39,476 bases of DNA from a virus (Duplodnaviria; Caudoviricetes), in the IMG/VR virus record IMGVR_UViG_3300033135_000167, positions 1 to 39,476 of that record; one strand, 5' to 3'. The stretch's first letter is position 1. Each line of letters opens with the position of its first letter. A program made the translations under genes and the position numbers. This document shows, piece by piece, positions 16,378 through 26,537 of this stretch. The notes beneath the pieces are model-generated. The model was not told where the DNA came from, ran no database searches, and saw only the letters and a program-made list of their open reading frames with translations.

Positions 16378-17981
16378 TAGAATGCTACGTCATCAGGTTC
16401 TATAGATTCAAAACTACCATCACCAGCAACATTAAACAAATCTTGTGTGCTTGCATCTGCACCTTCTTGTTCAGGAAGATAGTCACTTTCAAATATGGGT
16501 GTTAGTTCTGTAAATCCGAGGGTCATGGTGCTTCTTACAGGCATTGAACCTGCTTTTGGATCATCATATGCTTGATAAACACCTTCAGGTGTAAAATTAG
16601 TTTGGCATGTGGTTAAAGCACATATTTTAAACATATTTAAACCTTTTATTCTTTTATCTTGGTCAGTGCTATATCTTAACCTGAATACATTAGGTGATCC
16701 TACAAAAATAAGGTCTGTATTAAATCTTTTTGGTGCCATACCTTGTTTAAAAAATCTCATAATTCTTCTTACTACTACACCTTCATTTTCATCATTAGGG
16801 GCAAATTGAAAACTAAATGAAAAATTTCTTAATTTAGGTCCGTTAAAAAGTAATTCTAGATTTGGATTGACAACATTACCAGTTCCTCTTGCAATAAATG
16901 CTTGAGGATTTACGTCAATTCCTGCTAATTTTGATAATGTTCTCTGTGCTAAAAAAGATGATAATAATAAACTTGCTGATGCATTATTACCACTCTTTAT
17001 TTCATTAAAGATTGATCCTGCAGATTTAAATGCATCTCCAACAAGACCTGTAGCAGCACCAACTAAATCTCCTTCTGATACTTTACCTACGGCATTTTGT
17101 GCTGCATCATTAGCAGCAAAAAAAGCACCCGCATTAAGAGCATTTGCTGTTTCACCTCCCCACCCTACAGAGTTTGATATTGCTAATTGATTTGGAATTG
17201 GCATTTTGACAACACCAATATAGTCTTTTAAATTACTGCCTCTTTGTAATCCTTTTGTTAAGGTTGATCCTGCATTAAATACTCCCTTTTCAAAAAGGTC
17301 TGCCTGTGGTGCATTATATGTAAATTGCTCTATAACTATGTGATCTTGAGAATTATCTCTTCTCATATCTACTGGATATGTAAGGGAAATAATTTCATCT
17401 TTACCAGTCACAGATAATGATTTCCTCGTATTTGTAGGTCCTTCATCTTTATTTTGATCTTCAATTACTTGTGCGGTGTCTACTGTTTCACTTGATGTAT
17501 TTGGTAATACTCCTCCAAAAAATTCACTATCCTGATCTGCTAAATCTTGTAAAGCTTCTTCAGATGCAGAAGGAATAGCATTGCTATTGTTTTTTGCATT
17601 ATTATATTTTTCTAAAGATACATTTTTTTTTGTTTCATTAAATGAATTAATTTTTGCTTCAAATGGATCGTAAAAATTTGTTTTATGATTCTGATTTACA
17701 TACTCTACAAAACCTTTATCTGTTTTATGAATATTAGTGTTCCTTAGTTTAGTTCCCCTACCTGTCTCTTTTATTTCTTTAATATTATTAATTTGACCAA
17801 AACTTCTGTTCTCACTACTTACATCTGTGTCAACAAAAACTTTAAATTTTTTACCTTCATATTCCACATCATATGATGTATTAATTGGTGATCCTAATAT
17901 TCCTGAACCTTTTATGTATTCAGGGTTATGATTTTTAGATTTAGTATTTTCATTAACTAAATTATTGATTTTTTCACTCAT
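16377..17981 (-). CDS. gp48: Baseplate tail tube cap gp48
   Basis: NPNLELLFNGPKLRNFSFSFQFAP and C-terminal L.FTEL; synteny. Confidence 0.85.
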   Translation of the reverse strand: MSEKINNLVNENTKSKNHNPEYIKGSGILGSPINTSYDVEYEGKKFKVFVDTDVSSENRSFGQINNIKEIKETGRGTKLRNTNIHKTDKGFVEYVNQNHKTNFYDPFEAKINSFNETKKNVSLEKYNNAKNNSNAIPSASEEALQDLADQDSEFFGGVLPNTSSETVDTAQVIEDQNKDEGPTNTRKSLSVTGKDEIISLTYPVDMRRDNSQDHIVIEQFTYNAPQADLFEKGVFNAGSTLTKGLQRGSNLKDYIGVVKMPIPNQLAISNSVGWGGETANALNAGAFFAANDAAQNAVGKVSEGDLVGAATGLVGDAFKSAGSIFNEIKSGNNASASLLLSSFLAQRTLSKLAGIDVNPQAFIARGTGNVVNPNLELLFNGPKLRNFSFSFQFAPNDENEGVVVRRIMRFFKQGMAPKRFNTDLIFVGSPNVFRLRYSTDQDKRIKGLNMFKICALTTCQTNFTPEGVYQAYDDPKAGSMPVRSTMTLGFTELTPIFESDYLPEQEGADASTQDLFNVAGDGSFESIEPDDVAF

Positions 17982-18412
17982 TAGTATACCTTTCCCCTTG
18001 CTCTGATAGGAACATCCACACCATTTCTATGCACTACAAAATCTTCTAATGGCATAACTGATACATCTTCCCATGCTGTTTTTTTCACTACTCTTAATTG
18101 ACTTACTTCCGTTGCTAAGTATTTATGAACCCCCTTACCAGTAAGTAAAAATTCCATAAATTCATCATCGTCATTATCGACCATTTCTAATAATTGTTGT
18201 ATTAAACCAGGTCTTGATTCTGGAGCATGATAATGAAAATTATGTCCAATAAAACCCATTCCTCCTCCAAATGCACCTACACCTAGCACATAAATTAAGG
18301 GAACTCTGTCATAATAAGGTAAAGTTGCTCTATATTTTGCTCGATAATTGAAAAACATCAATTTACCAGCACCTACACTTCCAGCAGTTGAAAATTCTGA
18401 ACTAGATGCCAA
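17981..18412 (-). CDS. gp2: DNA end protector protein gp2-like
   Basis: F.Y.AK...LPYYD..PL, G.NFHY; located between gp48 and gp4. Confidence 0.7.
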   Translation of the reverse strand: MASSSEFSTAGSVGAGKLMFFNYRAKYRATLPYYDRVPLIYVLGVGAFGGGMGFIGHNFHYHAPESRPGLIQQLLEMVDNDDDEFMEFLLTGKGVHKYLATEVSQLRVVKKTAWEDVSVMPLEDFVVHRNGVDVPIRARGKVY

Positions 18413-18821
18413 GTTCTTTCTCCGTTAAAACTTGAAACTGCCACTTTCTGTCAGCACAAAAGTCTTTTGCTGCACTCCATTTTGCTTGATTGATAGCATA
18501 AGTTACGACTTCGGTTAAATTTTTTTTATTTTTTGGGAGAACACACTGTTTTTTTGGTTTTATTTCAATAATTTTCTCAACAACTTTTCCAGTTGATTCT
18601 TTAACTTTTATATAAAAGTCAGGGAAATATCTATGAACTCTCCTGTCTGTTGGTGACATATAAGGTATCACCACCTCTTCAGAACACCAAGATACAATAT
18701 TTTTTGATGAGTCACAATATCTCATAAATTTCAATTCCCATAATGACCTATACACTATGTTTGTAGGATCACCTTTATATTTTTTATAATTTTTGGGACG
18801 AAATTTGCCTTTATAAGACAT
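18402..18821 (-). CDS. gp4: Head completion nuclease gp4
   Basis: YKGDPTNIVYRSLWE, RYFPDF, EIKP, NQAKW; start moved to 18821. Confidence 0.93.
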   Translation of the reverse strand: MSYKGKFRPKNYKKYKGDPTNIVYRSLWELKFMRYCDSSKNIVSWCSEEVVIPYMSPTDRRVHRYFPDFYIKVKESTGKVVEKIIEIKPKKQCVLPKNKKNLTEVVTYAINQAKWSAAKDFCADRKWQFQVLTEKELGI

Positions 18822-18841
18822 ACATAGTATGTAATCTACCT

Positions 18842-18849
18842 TATTTAGA
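18842..18849 (-). promoter_or_regulatory. Late promoter-like motif (TCTAAATA) for the gp4-gp53 operon
   Basis: Reverse complement of TATTTAGA, 21 nt upstream of the gp4 start. Confidence 0.6.
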
Positions 18850-19523
18850 TGGCAGAGACAGTATTTAACAAAAAAAGATACCATCTCAGAACCGATGATT
18901 TATTGTCGGATTTGATAAATCCAGCATTAAATAACATATATGACGTAGAAATTAAATTTGATACTAATGGAAATGAGTTAAGAAATAATATTCAAAGTAA
19001 TATAACTAATCCTCGTGGAGAAAGTTTGGGAGATAGATTGGCATTGTTTTGTTCCGAAGCAAGTTTGCCAGGTTCTAATATTCAAACATCGAAAGTTGAT
19101 GGTTTGAGGCAGGGTATTACACAAAACTATGCAGTGTACAGGAGATATCCACCTTTAAATCTTGTGTTTTTTGTACATCAAGATTATTTTACTCAAGAGG
19201 TTTTTACATCATGGTTAGAATTTATAAATCCACTTCAAAGTGCTTACTCAGAAAAATCATTTAAAAAACTAAGATATCCTAATTCATATAAATGTTCTAT
19301 CGATATTACATCATTTAATAGAAATATATTAAGAGATTTTGACAAGTTAAGACCGAGTAACTTCTTTACTGTTCCTACAATGACAAATAACATTGTATAT
19401 TCAATTAAAAATGCATTTCCAATATCAATGAATTCATCTCCTTTAACTTATGGAGATGCTGAAATATTAAAAACTACTGTTTCATTTGTATACGAACATT
19501 ACATCGTAAGCAAGACTAAATAA
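18849..19523 (+). CDS. Tail tube-fold protein (gp54/gp19-like)
   Basis: C.EASLPGS, F..W.EFI, NAFP.S, V.F.YE; divergent from gp4. Confidence 0.75.
   Translation: MAETVFNKKRYHLRTDDLLSDLINPALNNIYDVEIKFDTNGNELRNNIQSNITNPRGESLGDRLALFCSEASLPGSNIQTSKVDGLRQGITQNYAVYRRYPPLNLVFFVHQDYFTQEVFTSWLEFINPLQSAYSEKSFKKLRYPNSYKCSIDITSFNRNILRDFDKLRPSNFFTVPTMTNNIVYSIKNAFPISMNSSPLTYGDAEILKTTVSFVYEHYIVSKTK
19515..19522 (+). promoter_or_regulatory. Late promoter-like motif (ACTAAATA)
   Basis: About 20 nt upstream of the gp26 start. Confidence 0.55.
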
Positions 19524-19541
19524 CAGTACTGAATTGAAATT

Positions 19542-20270
19542 ATGCCATTACCAAGCGTCGTCACACCGACTTTTGAACTTAATTTAATTTCATCTAACAA
19601 ACCAATTAAATATCGACCATTCCTTGTAAAAGAGGAGAAAGCATTATTAATTGCATTAGAAAGTGCAAATGATAAAGATATTTTAAATACTGTCAAAGAT
19701 GTTTTAAAAGCATGTATAAAAACTCGTGGTGTGAAAGTAGACAATTTACCTAGTTTTGATCTTGAATATTTGTTTTTAAACATTCGAGGTAAATCTATTG
19801 GTGAAAGTGTCGAATTATCTGTAATATGCTCTGATGATAATCAGACTAAAGTTCCTTTGACGATATCTTTAAGTGATATTGTTTTGAATATACCTGATGA
19901 TCATACTGATACTATTGATTTAGGATCTGGATTGAAATTAAAAATGAAATATCCTTCACTTCAACAATTTGTTGAAAATAACTTTAATGTCACATCAAAA
20001 TCAGAAAAAAATGCTATAGATAAAGCATTTAATTCTATTAGTGAGTGCATTGATCAAGTTTATAATAGTGAAGAAGCGTGGTCTGCCTCTGATTGCACAA
20101 AAAAAGAGATAATATCATTTATTGAATCTCTTAGTTCAATGCAATTCAGTAAAATAGAACAATTTTTTGCTTCAATGCCAAAACTGTCGTATAAGACCAC
20201 TGTTGTAAATCCAAATACAAAGGTTGAATCTGAAGTAATAGTTGAGGGTTTATCAAATTTTTTCGCATAA
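19542..20270 (+). CDS. gp26: Baseplate hub subunit gp26
   Basis: MPLP..YRPFLVKEEK, FDLEYLFL.IRGKSIGE, GLSNFF. Confidence 0.93.
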   Translation: MPLPSVVTPTFELNLISSNKPIKYRPFLVKEEKALLIALESANDKDILNTVKDVLKACIKTRGVKVDNLPSFDLEYLFLNIRGKSIGESVELSVICSDDNQTKVPLTISLSDIVLNIPDDHTDTIDLGSGLKLKMKYPSLQQFVENNFNVTSKSEKNAIDKAFNSISECIDQVYNSEEAWSASDCTKKEIISFIESLSSMQFSKIEQFFASMPKLSYKTTVVNPNTKVESEVIVEGLSNFFA

Positions 20271-20455
20271 TGTTATATCACACAGATATAACATCATTTT
20301 TTGAAGAAAATTTTGCTCTCATGCAACACCATGGATGGAGTCTTAATGATTTGGAGAATATGATTCCATGGGAAAGAGAAACATATATGCTTTATCTTAA
20401 TAATTATCTTGAGAAAAAGAAATTAGAGGCACAGCAAAAGAATGCTTCGATCTAA
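20270..20455 (+). CDS. gp51: Baseplate hub assembly catalyst gp51
   Basis: NFALMQHH.WSL..LENMIPWERE.Y. Confidence 0.9.
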   Translation: MLYHTDITSFFEENFALMQHHGWSLNDLENMIPWERETYMLYLNNYLEKKKLEAQQKNASI

Positions 20456-21734
20456 AACAATACCTCAAACTCAAATTATCCCTACAGAAGAATCTGATGA
20501 TGGGATAATCACTGCTGCTGTTTTAGAATCAAAATTAATAGAGACAAAAGATTTAATTGGTGAGGATATTGAAGATGTTCAAGAATCAATCGATAAAAAA
20601 ACAGAAGGATATTTTCAATCACTTATAAGTCAAATGCAAGGTGTGAATAATAATTTAGAAGCAATAAGCGATACTATTAAAAAAGATATGAGAGATAGAA
20701 AAAGATATTTTGATATGCAAAAAGAATTATTTGAAGATGATGAAGAAAATTTAAAAAATCTTAGAAATAGATCTGGAGGGGGAGGAAATTTATTTGGAGG
20801 TCTACTTAATAAAGCATTATTAGGATTAGGACTCTTTACTGCACCTGCTGTAATACCTCAATTATTTCCTGATACTGTGAAGACTGAGACAGATAAAAAT
20901 GTTGACCAGTCTATAGAAGAGAAAGGTCGTAAAGAAACTGCCGATCTTTTGAAATCTGAGGAAGAAAATAAGAAAAAAGAAAGAAACTTTATACAAAACT
21001 TCTTCTATGGTACGATAATGGGAGAAGATGCTGAATATGATAAACAGATAGAGAGAGCAGAAACTGGAGAAGAACCAGTATTTAACATTGGAAAAGATAA
21101 AGTTAATACAGATGAGAAGAATGAGAACATTGATGGATTAAATCAAGATGTAAAAAGTGGTGAACTTGTAGAACCTAAAAGGGATGATTATCCCAACACT
21201 AGAAGTGGTGCTAAAATATATCAAGATGCAAAGAAATCATTTGATGAAGCAAGTAAACAGATATCAGAAACAAGTACAAAGATATCTGAAACTAATAAAG
21301 ATATATCAGAAAAACCTGGTAAACCTATAAAAAATAAAAGAGGAAGAATAATTGGATATGAGAATGTAGATGAATCAATAAAAAATGTTACTTTTGATGA
21401 TTTTAATGAGGAAATAGATGATATAGACTCAAAAACTTCAAACACTCTAAAAAAATATAATAATATTACAAAAAAAGAAGAATTATCTAATTTAATATTA
21501 GATGAAAAAAAATCAGAAAGTAAAAACAAATTTGAAGACATTTTTGAAATGTCATCTGATATATCTGATAGTGCTGGTGAAGTCAGTATTTTAAATATTG
21601 AGGGAACAACGAAAAATGAATTAACTCCTAATATTGATACGGGCACTACAAATGCATCAAAAAATATTGATTTTGATCCTGAAAAAAGTGGTCAGGAAAG
21701 ATTTGAAAGCAGTATTGCTTTAGGAGTATTTTAA
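20442..21734 (+). CDS. Tail-region hypothetical protein (acidic, low complexity)
   Basis: Long ORF after gp51 with a short hydrophobic segment. Confidence 0.7.
   Translation: MLRSKTIPQTQIIPTEESDDGIITAAVLESKLIETKDLIGEDIEDVQESIDKKTEGYFQSLISQMQGVNNNLEAISDTIKKDMRDRKRYFDMQKELFEDDEENLKNLRNRSGGGGNLFGGLLNKALLGLGLFTAPAVIPQLFPDTVKTETDKNVDQSIEEKGRKETADLLKSEEENKKKERNFIQNFFYGTIMGEDAEYDKQIERAETGEEPVFNIGKDKVNTDEKNENIDGLNQDVKSGELVEPKRDDYPNTRSGAKIYQDAKKSFDEASKQISETSTKISETNKDISEKPGKPIKNKRGRIIGYENVDESIKNVTFDDFNEEIDDIDSKTSNTLKKYNNITKKEELSNLILDEKKSESKNKFEDIFEMSSDISDSAGEVSILNIEGTTKNELTPNIDTGTTNASKNIDFDPEKSGQERFESSIALGVF
21268..21386 (+). repeat. 119-nt cassette, order A-B
   Basis: A = 21268-21306, B = 21308-21386; both recur at 22540-22658 in reverse order. 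Confidence 0.9.
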
Positions 21735-22963
21735 TGAGAGCAGCGATTAATACAGAAATAATTACAAGGAGAGCTGGTCGAAATGTGGTTAATTTAAATA
21801 AAATGTTTTCTTTGAGATCTTTTCAAATAAAAATATTAGAGGATAGAAGTTTACAATTACAAAAAGATCATATTGAGAAAAGAAAAAAAATCTTGAATAA
21901 TATTTTCGAGGAATCTTCTAATGGAGAGAACGGAATGTCTAATGTAATAGATCAAGTTTTAAAATCATTAGGTATAAGTAAATTTGCTAAAAATTTAAAT
22001 AAAACAGCAAAAGTAAAAACTAAAAGAATAATACCTACAAAAATTAAATCAAAGGTCAAGAAAGATAGTAATATAAAGTCTAAAATCTTTGAAAAACCCG
22101 CCAAATTTACTAAAAATTTGAAAAGAGCAACAATAGTAAAGGGTAAAAGAATGATACCTAGACAACTTAGACCAAAGTTTCCTTCTTTAAAAATTAAGTC
22201 TCCTCCTGCTTTAAAAGGATTATCAAAAATAGCACCAAATGTTGGTAAAAAAATTCCAGTATTAAATGTGTTGTTTACTGGTTTAGATGCTGCTAGTAGA
22301 TTATCGCAAGGTCAAACTAAAACACAAGCGATAGCAGGAGCAGGAGCAGGTTTAGGAGGTAGTCTTGCTGGTGGTGCAATTGGTCAAGCATTAATTCCAA
22401 TACCAGTTGTGGGTTTCGCAGTGGGAAGTATTTTGGGTGGTTTTATTGCCAGTAAATTGTCAGATAAAGTAACAGGTGTAGATCAACCACAAATAGTAGA
22501 TAAGAAAACTTCTAAAATATCAAGAAATAAAGTTGAATTAGAAAAACGTGGTAAACCTATAAAAAATAAAAGAGGAAGAATAATTGGATATGAGAAAGTA
22601 GATGAATCAATTAAAAATAAAACAAGTACAAAGATATCTGAAACTAATAAAGATATATTAAAAAAACAAGTAAATATGAACGATATAACTGATATGAATA
22701 CGAAAAATTTCACTAATAATAATATTATTAATGTGACTTCGAGTATGACAAGAAATGATAAATTTAAAAAATCAAATATTGCAAATGTTAAATTCAATAA
22801 GTCAGGTCAAACATTTATTGTACAAAATGAACCTGACACGGTTGTCAAATCTGTGCCAGGTATTAATAATTCAAATAGTGGTGGTGGATCAATTATCGTA
22901 TCTGAGTCTTCATATGATGCAGCGATTGCAATTGCTAAATTAGAGGCAGCAAGAACAGTATGA
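21734..22963 (+). CDS. Tail-region protein with glycine-zipper segment (tape-measure-like)
   Basis: Lys-rich region, then AGAGAGLGGSLAGGAIG..IPIPVVG..GG hydrophobic motif. Confidence 0.65.
   Translation: MRAAINTEIITRRAGRNVVNLNKMFSLRSFQIKILEDRSLQLQKDHIEKRKKILNNIFEESSNGENGMSNVIDQVLKSLGISKFAKNLNKTAKVKTKRIIPTKIKSKVKKDSNIKSKIFEKPAKFTKNLKRATIVKGKRMIPRQLRPKFPSLKIKSPPALKGLSKIAPNVGKKIPVLNVLFTGLDAASRLSQGQTKTQAIAGAGAGLGGSLAGGAIGQALIPIPVVGFAVGSILGGFIASKLSDKVTGVDQPQIVDKKTSKISRNKVELEKRGKPIKNKRGRIIGYEKVDESIKNKTSTKISETNKDILKKQVNMNDITDMNTKNFTNNNIINVTSSMTRNDKFKKSNIANVKFNKSGQTFIVQNEPDTVVKSVPGINNSNSGGGSIIVSESSYDAAIAIAKLEAARTV
22540..22658 (+). repeat. 119-nt cassette, order B-A
   Basis: B = 22540-22618 (3 mismatches), A = 22620-22658 (identical). 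Confidence 0.9.
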
Positions 22964-24225
22964 GTAGATTAAGACGACATATAATAGAGGAATTATTAGT
23001 ATTTCACCCTAAAGGTGAGACTGATCCTTTAGATTTAAGATTACAATCAGGATTAATATCAGTTTATGAAAGTGTATTAGATCCTGTTTTAAGAGTAGAA
23101 GTTGATATTTACGATACGACAAACAAAATGGCAGCACTTCCTATTAGATCTGGTTCTCAAGTAGGATTAAATATTGAACAAAAATTAAGAGATAAAGTTA
23201 TTGGATCAGTCAAATTTGATGACAGTAATCCTTTATACATCAGTAATATTACAGGCACTTTGTCACAAACAAAAAGAGAGGTATATACTCTTCAATTAGA
23301 AACTAAGGGAGCATTTTCAAATAATACAACAAGAGTGTATAAGAAATACAAAGGAAAAATAAGTGCAAGTGTAGAAAAAATACTAAATGAAATGAAAATA
23401 GATCGTTCAAGACAGTTTATTGAAGAGACATCAAATAGTTATTCTTTCATGGGTAATTATAAAAGACCTTTCCATACTATTACCAACCTCTGTAAAAAAT
23501 CAATACCGACTGTAAGTAATAAAAAAACTGCTGGATCTGCAGGATTTTTATTTTTTGAAACTTTAAACGGATATAATTTTAAAAGTATTGATAATATTTT
23601 CAAAGATGCTAATGAAGATAATGTATATGAGTATTTTTATAGTGATGTAACTGATGGTTTAGATTCAAATAATGATCATAAAATTGTGAATGTTCCAAGG
23701 TGGAGTGTTAGTCATGATATTCAGAACAAATTAAGAATGGGTCAATATAAATCGTCAAATTTATTTTTTAATTTAAATGATAGAACATTTGAAACAGTAG
23801 TATATAAGTATAGTGATAGTATTAAAGATCAACTTTCTTTATCTAATGAAGAAGATTTAATACCAGATGATTTTGTTGAATCATCATCAAGATTCATGTT
23901 TTGTTTAACTGATTCAGGTGTTCTATCTCCAAAAGGTGATTTAGATACGCCTCAAAAACAAGCATATTATAAATCACAATCAGTTGCTAGATACGCTTCA
24001 TTATTTTCTCAACAGGTAAATATAACAGTGCCTATGAACTTAGAGTTGGCAGCAGGGGATGTAATTTACTGTAAATTTCCCAAGATAAATATGGATAAAT
24101 CAGATTATGGAACAGACCCAAGTTCTGGGTTTTACATGATCAAATCACTATCCCATAAATTTTCCTCGGATGGTGACTATACTGGCATGAATTTAGTGAG
24201 AGATTCCTTTACAAAACTTACATGA
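22960..24225 (+). CDS. Baseplate hub protein (gp27/gpD-like)
   Basis: YES, FLFFET..GYNFKSID, L.AGDVI, SG.Y.I..L.H, L.RDS; upstream of gp5. Confidence 0.7.
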   Translation: MSRLRRHIIEELLVFHPKGETDPLDLRLQSGLISVYESVLDPVLRVEVDIYDTTNKMAALPIRSGSQVGLNIEQKLRDKVIGSVKFDDSNPLYISNITGTLSQTKREVYTLQLETKGAFSNNTTRVYKKYKGKISASVEKILNEMKIDRSRQFIEETSNSYSFMGNYKRPFHTITNLCKKSIPTVSNKKTAGSAGFLFFETLNGYNFKSIDNIFKDANEDNVYEYFYSDVTDGLDSNNDHKIVNVPRWSVSHDIQNKLRMGQYKSSNLFFNLNDRTFETVVYKYSDSIKDQLSLSNEEDLIPDDFVESSSRFMFCLTDSGVLSPKGDLDTPQKQAYYKSQSVARYASLFSQQVNITVPMNLELAAGDVIYCKFPKINMDKSDYGTDPSSGFYMIKSLSHKFSSDGDYTGMNLVRDSFTKLT

Positions 24226-24434
24226 AAAATATAGAAGATCACATTAACAAAGACAAAGAAATTCTTGACAATTCCACCACTAACCCTCAGATGCGTCGTC
24301 ATACTGAGATCGAATTACAGGATTTAGAAGAATACAAAAAAAATCATCCAGAAGATGATCATGATCCAACTCCTCTTGAGTTGCATTGTGATAAAGATCC
24401 ATCTGCACCTGAATGTCTAATTTATGATGACTAA
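24222..24434 (+). CDS. cp12: CP12 Calvin cycle inhibitor (auxiliary metabolic gene)
   Basis: C-terminal LELHCDKDPSAPECLIYDD signature. Confidence 0.92.
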   Translation: MKNIEDHINKDKEILDNSTTNPQMRRHTEIELQDLEEYKKNHPEDDHDPTPLELHCDKDPSAPECLIYDD

Positions 24435-26533
24435 TGTTTGATTCAAGACTTTCACCTATAAATTTTATTGGAGAAGATGGATTTCATTGGTTCATCGGAC
24501 AAGTTGCACCTGCAAAATCTTGGAGAAATGAAGCAACAGCATACGGATATAGGGCAAAAGTAAGAATTTTTGGTAGACATCCTGCAAGTGCAGATGTTAA
24601 AGATGATGATCTACCTTGGGCACAATTTTTAGTTCCTCCTAATTTTGGATCTGGGAATAATTTTTGTGGTGTCAGTTTTGTAGTTCAAGGTGGTGAACAT
24701 GTTGTTGGTTTTTTTGCAGATGGCGAAGAAATGCAACAACCCGTAGTGATAGGATCTTTTTTCGGAGGACCTAATGTAAAAGACAAGATTTCATATGATG
24801 ATGCAATAAGTAAACTTACAACAGAATTCAAACCATTTGGTATGAATCCTTTAAAAGTTTCAAATCTTGGAACACATAACAAACCAAGTCCTGATAATAT
24901 TAGTCCGACTGAATCAAATTCAACAATAGCAGCAGGATTAATATCTGCATCGATGTTAACCCCAAATTTATATCCAAGTATAAAAAGAAGAATTAATGAG
25001 GAAAGAATAGAAGTTGATGTTCCAGACCCATGTGAAGGTGGTAATACTCAGATGTCTGTCATATCAAAAACAATAAAAAAATTTATTGATTTATCTAGTA
25101 GATTGAAAAAAATTAAGGGTGGATATGTGGATCCTGTTATAGGAAAAATTTATAATATGAAAAAATTAATTAAAAAAACTGCTGGAAAGGTGGCAGGAAA
25201 ATTGGCACAGGTAACAAGAAATGCCAGAAAATTTATGTTTGAAAAAATAGGAAACTTGACAAGTAAAATTGTGAAACCTTTGGATCCAGATCAATTATTT
25301 AAAGACATTGAGGCAAATGCAGCAAAAAATGATTTATTTTGCCTTATTGAAAATGTAACCAAAGGTTTTAAAAATTTAATGGAAAAATTTTTAAATGGTT
25401 TATTAGGAAATTTAGTTGCATTTCCCTTATGTGCTGCAGAACAATTACTTGGAGGTTTACTTGGTCAAATTAACAATTTAGTTGATAAGGCAATAGGAAA
25501 TCCAATGAATATTTTGAATAAAATATTAGGTCCTATTGGATCATTTGGTGATTTTATGTCAAAGGCATTGAACATGGGTCAAATAGCATTGAATTTTTTA
25601 AAATGTGAAGGGTCAGAGTGTGAACCTAAACCTGCTGATTTCGTAACAAATGTAGGACCTCAATTAAAAAACTCTTTAAATTTTGATGAAGTATTAAATT
25701 TAAAAAATGCTTTTAATATACCAGGTCTTGATGTCTTAAAAAACCCTCTTGGTTTTGTAGATAATATATTCCCTACCCCGTCTTTTGGAGTTTTTACAGG
25801 AGCAGCAGAAGCAGTTCAATCTGTAGTGGGTGGATGCAATCCAAGAACTAAAACATGTGGACCTCCAAGAGTAGAAATATTTGGTGGTGATGGAATAGGT
25901 GGATTAGCAAGAGCAGTAATAAATGAAACTGGTAAAATTGTAGGTGTTAATATGACCGAATTTGGGAGTGGATTTACAGAAAAACCATTTGTTTCTTTTA
26001 TTGATGATTGTGACAATGGAAGAGGTGCAGTGGGTGAAGCAATACTCGATGATGATGGGAATCTGGTAAATATAGCAATTCTAAATCAAGGTGGTGGATA
26101 TCTAACTCCTCCTGCTACAAATTTATTAACTCAAGATAGACAGGATGATGAAATTTTAAATGATATATCAGATGAGCAGGGTGAAGATGTTGCTGGAATA
26201 GTAAATGATGTTCTTATTGTAAATCCTGGATATGGTTATGATCCTGATGACATCATTTATGTAAACACTCCTGATGATATTTCTGTAGGAGCTATTACTG
26301 ATTCTCCCATTGCAACTCTTAAACCTGATCTTGACGAAGAAGGAAGAATAATTGATGCAATTGTCATAAATTCTCAAATTGGTATCAAAGATTTACCCGA
26401 ATTAACTATTCCTAGTAAAAACGGATTTGGTGCTGTTATTAAACCAGTTATTGAATATAAAAAAGTCGAAGAATTTGGTGATGTTGCTATCACTGATGTA
26501 ATCAGAGTTATTGATTGTATTCAACCTTATTAA
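24434..26533 (+). CDS. gp5: Baseplate hub / spike protein gp5-like
   Basis: N-terminal OB domain motifs WFIGQV, KVRIFG.H, DLPWA, VVGFF.DG..QQPVV.G. Confidence 0.85.
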   Translation: MFDSRLSPINFIGEDGFHWFIGQVAPAKSWRNEATAYGYRAKVRIFGRHPASADVKDDDLPWAQFLVPPNFGSGNNFCGVSFVVQGGEHVVGFFADGEEMQQPVVIGSFFGGPNVKDKISYDDAISKLTTEFKPFGMNPLKVSNLGTHNKPSPDNISPTESNSTIAAGLISASMLTPNLYPSIKRRINEERIEVDVPDPCEGGNTQMSVISKTIKKFIDLSSRLKKIKGGYVDPVIGKIYNMKKLIKKTAGKVAGKLAQVTRNARKFMFEKIGNLTSKIVKPLDPDQLFKDIEANAAKNDLFCLIENVTKGFKNLMEKFLNGLLGNLVAFPLCAAEQLLGGLLGQINNLVDKAIGNPMNILNKILGPIGSFGDFMSKALNMGQIALNFLKCEGSECEPKPADFVTNVGPQLKNSLNFDEVLNLKNAFNIPGLDVLKNPLGFVDNIFPTPSFGVFTGAAEAVQSVVGGCNPRTKTCGPPRVEIFGGDGIGGLARAVINETGKIVGVNMTEFGSGFTEKPFVSFIDDCDNGRGAVGEAILDDDGNLVNIAILNQGGGYLTPPATNLLTQDRQDDEILNDISDEQGEDVAGIVNDVLIVNPGYGYDPDDIIYVNTPDDISVGAITDSPIATLKPDLDEEGRIIDAIVINSQIGIKDLPELTIPSKNGFGAVIKPVIEYKKVEEFGDVAITDVIRVIDCIQPY

Positions 26534-26537
26534 AAAA

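Noticed and set aside
24434-26533. T4-type lysozyme domain in gp5
   Set aside because: No recognisable lysozyme motif; only the N-terminal OB domain is supported.
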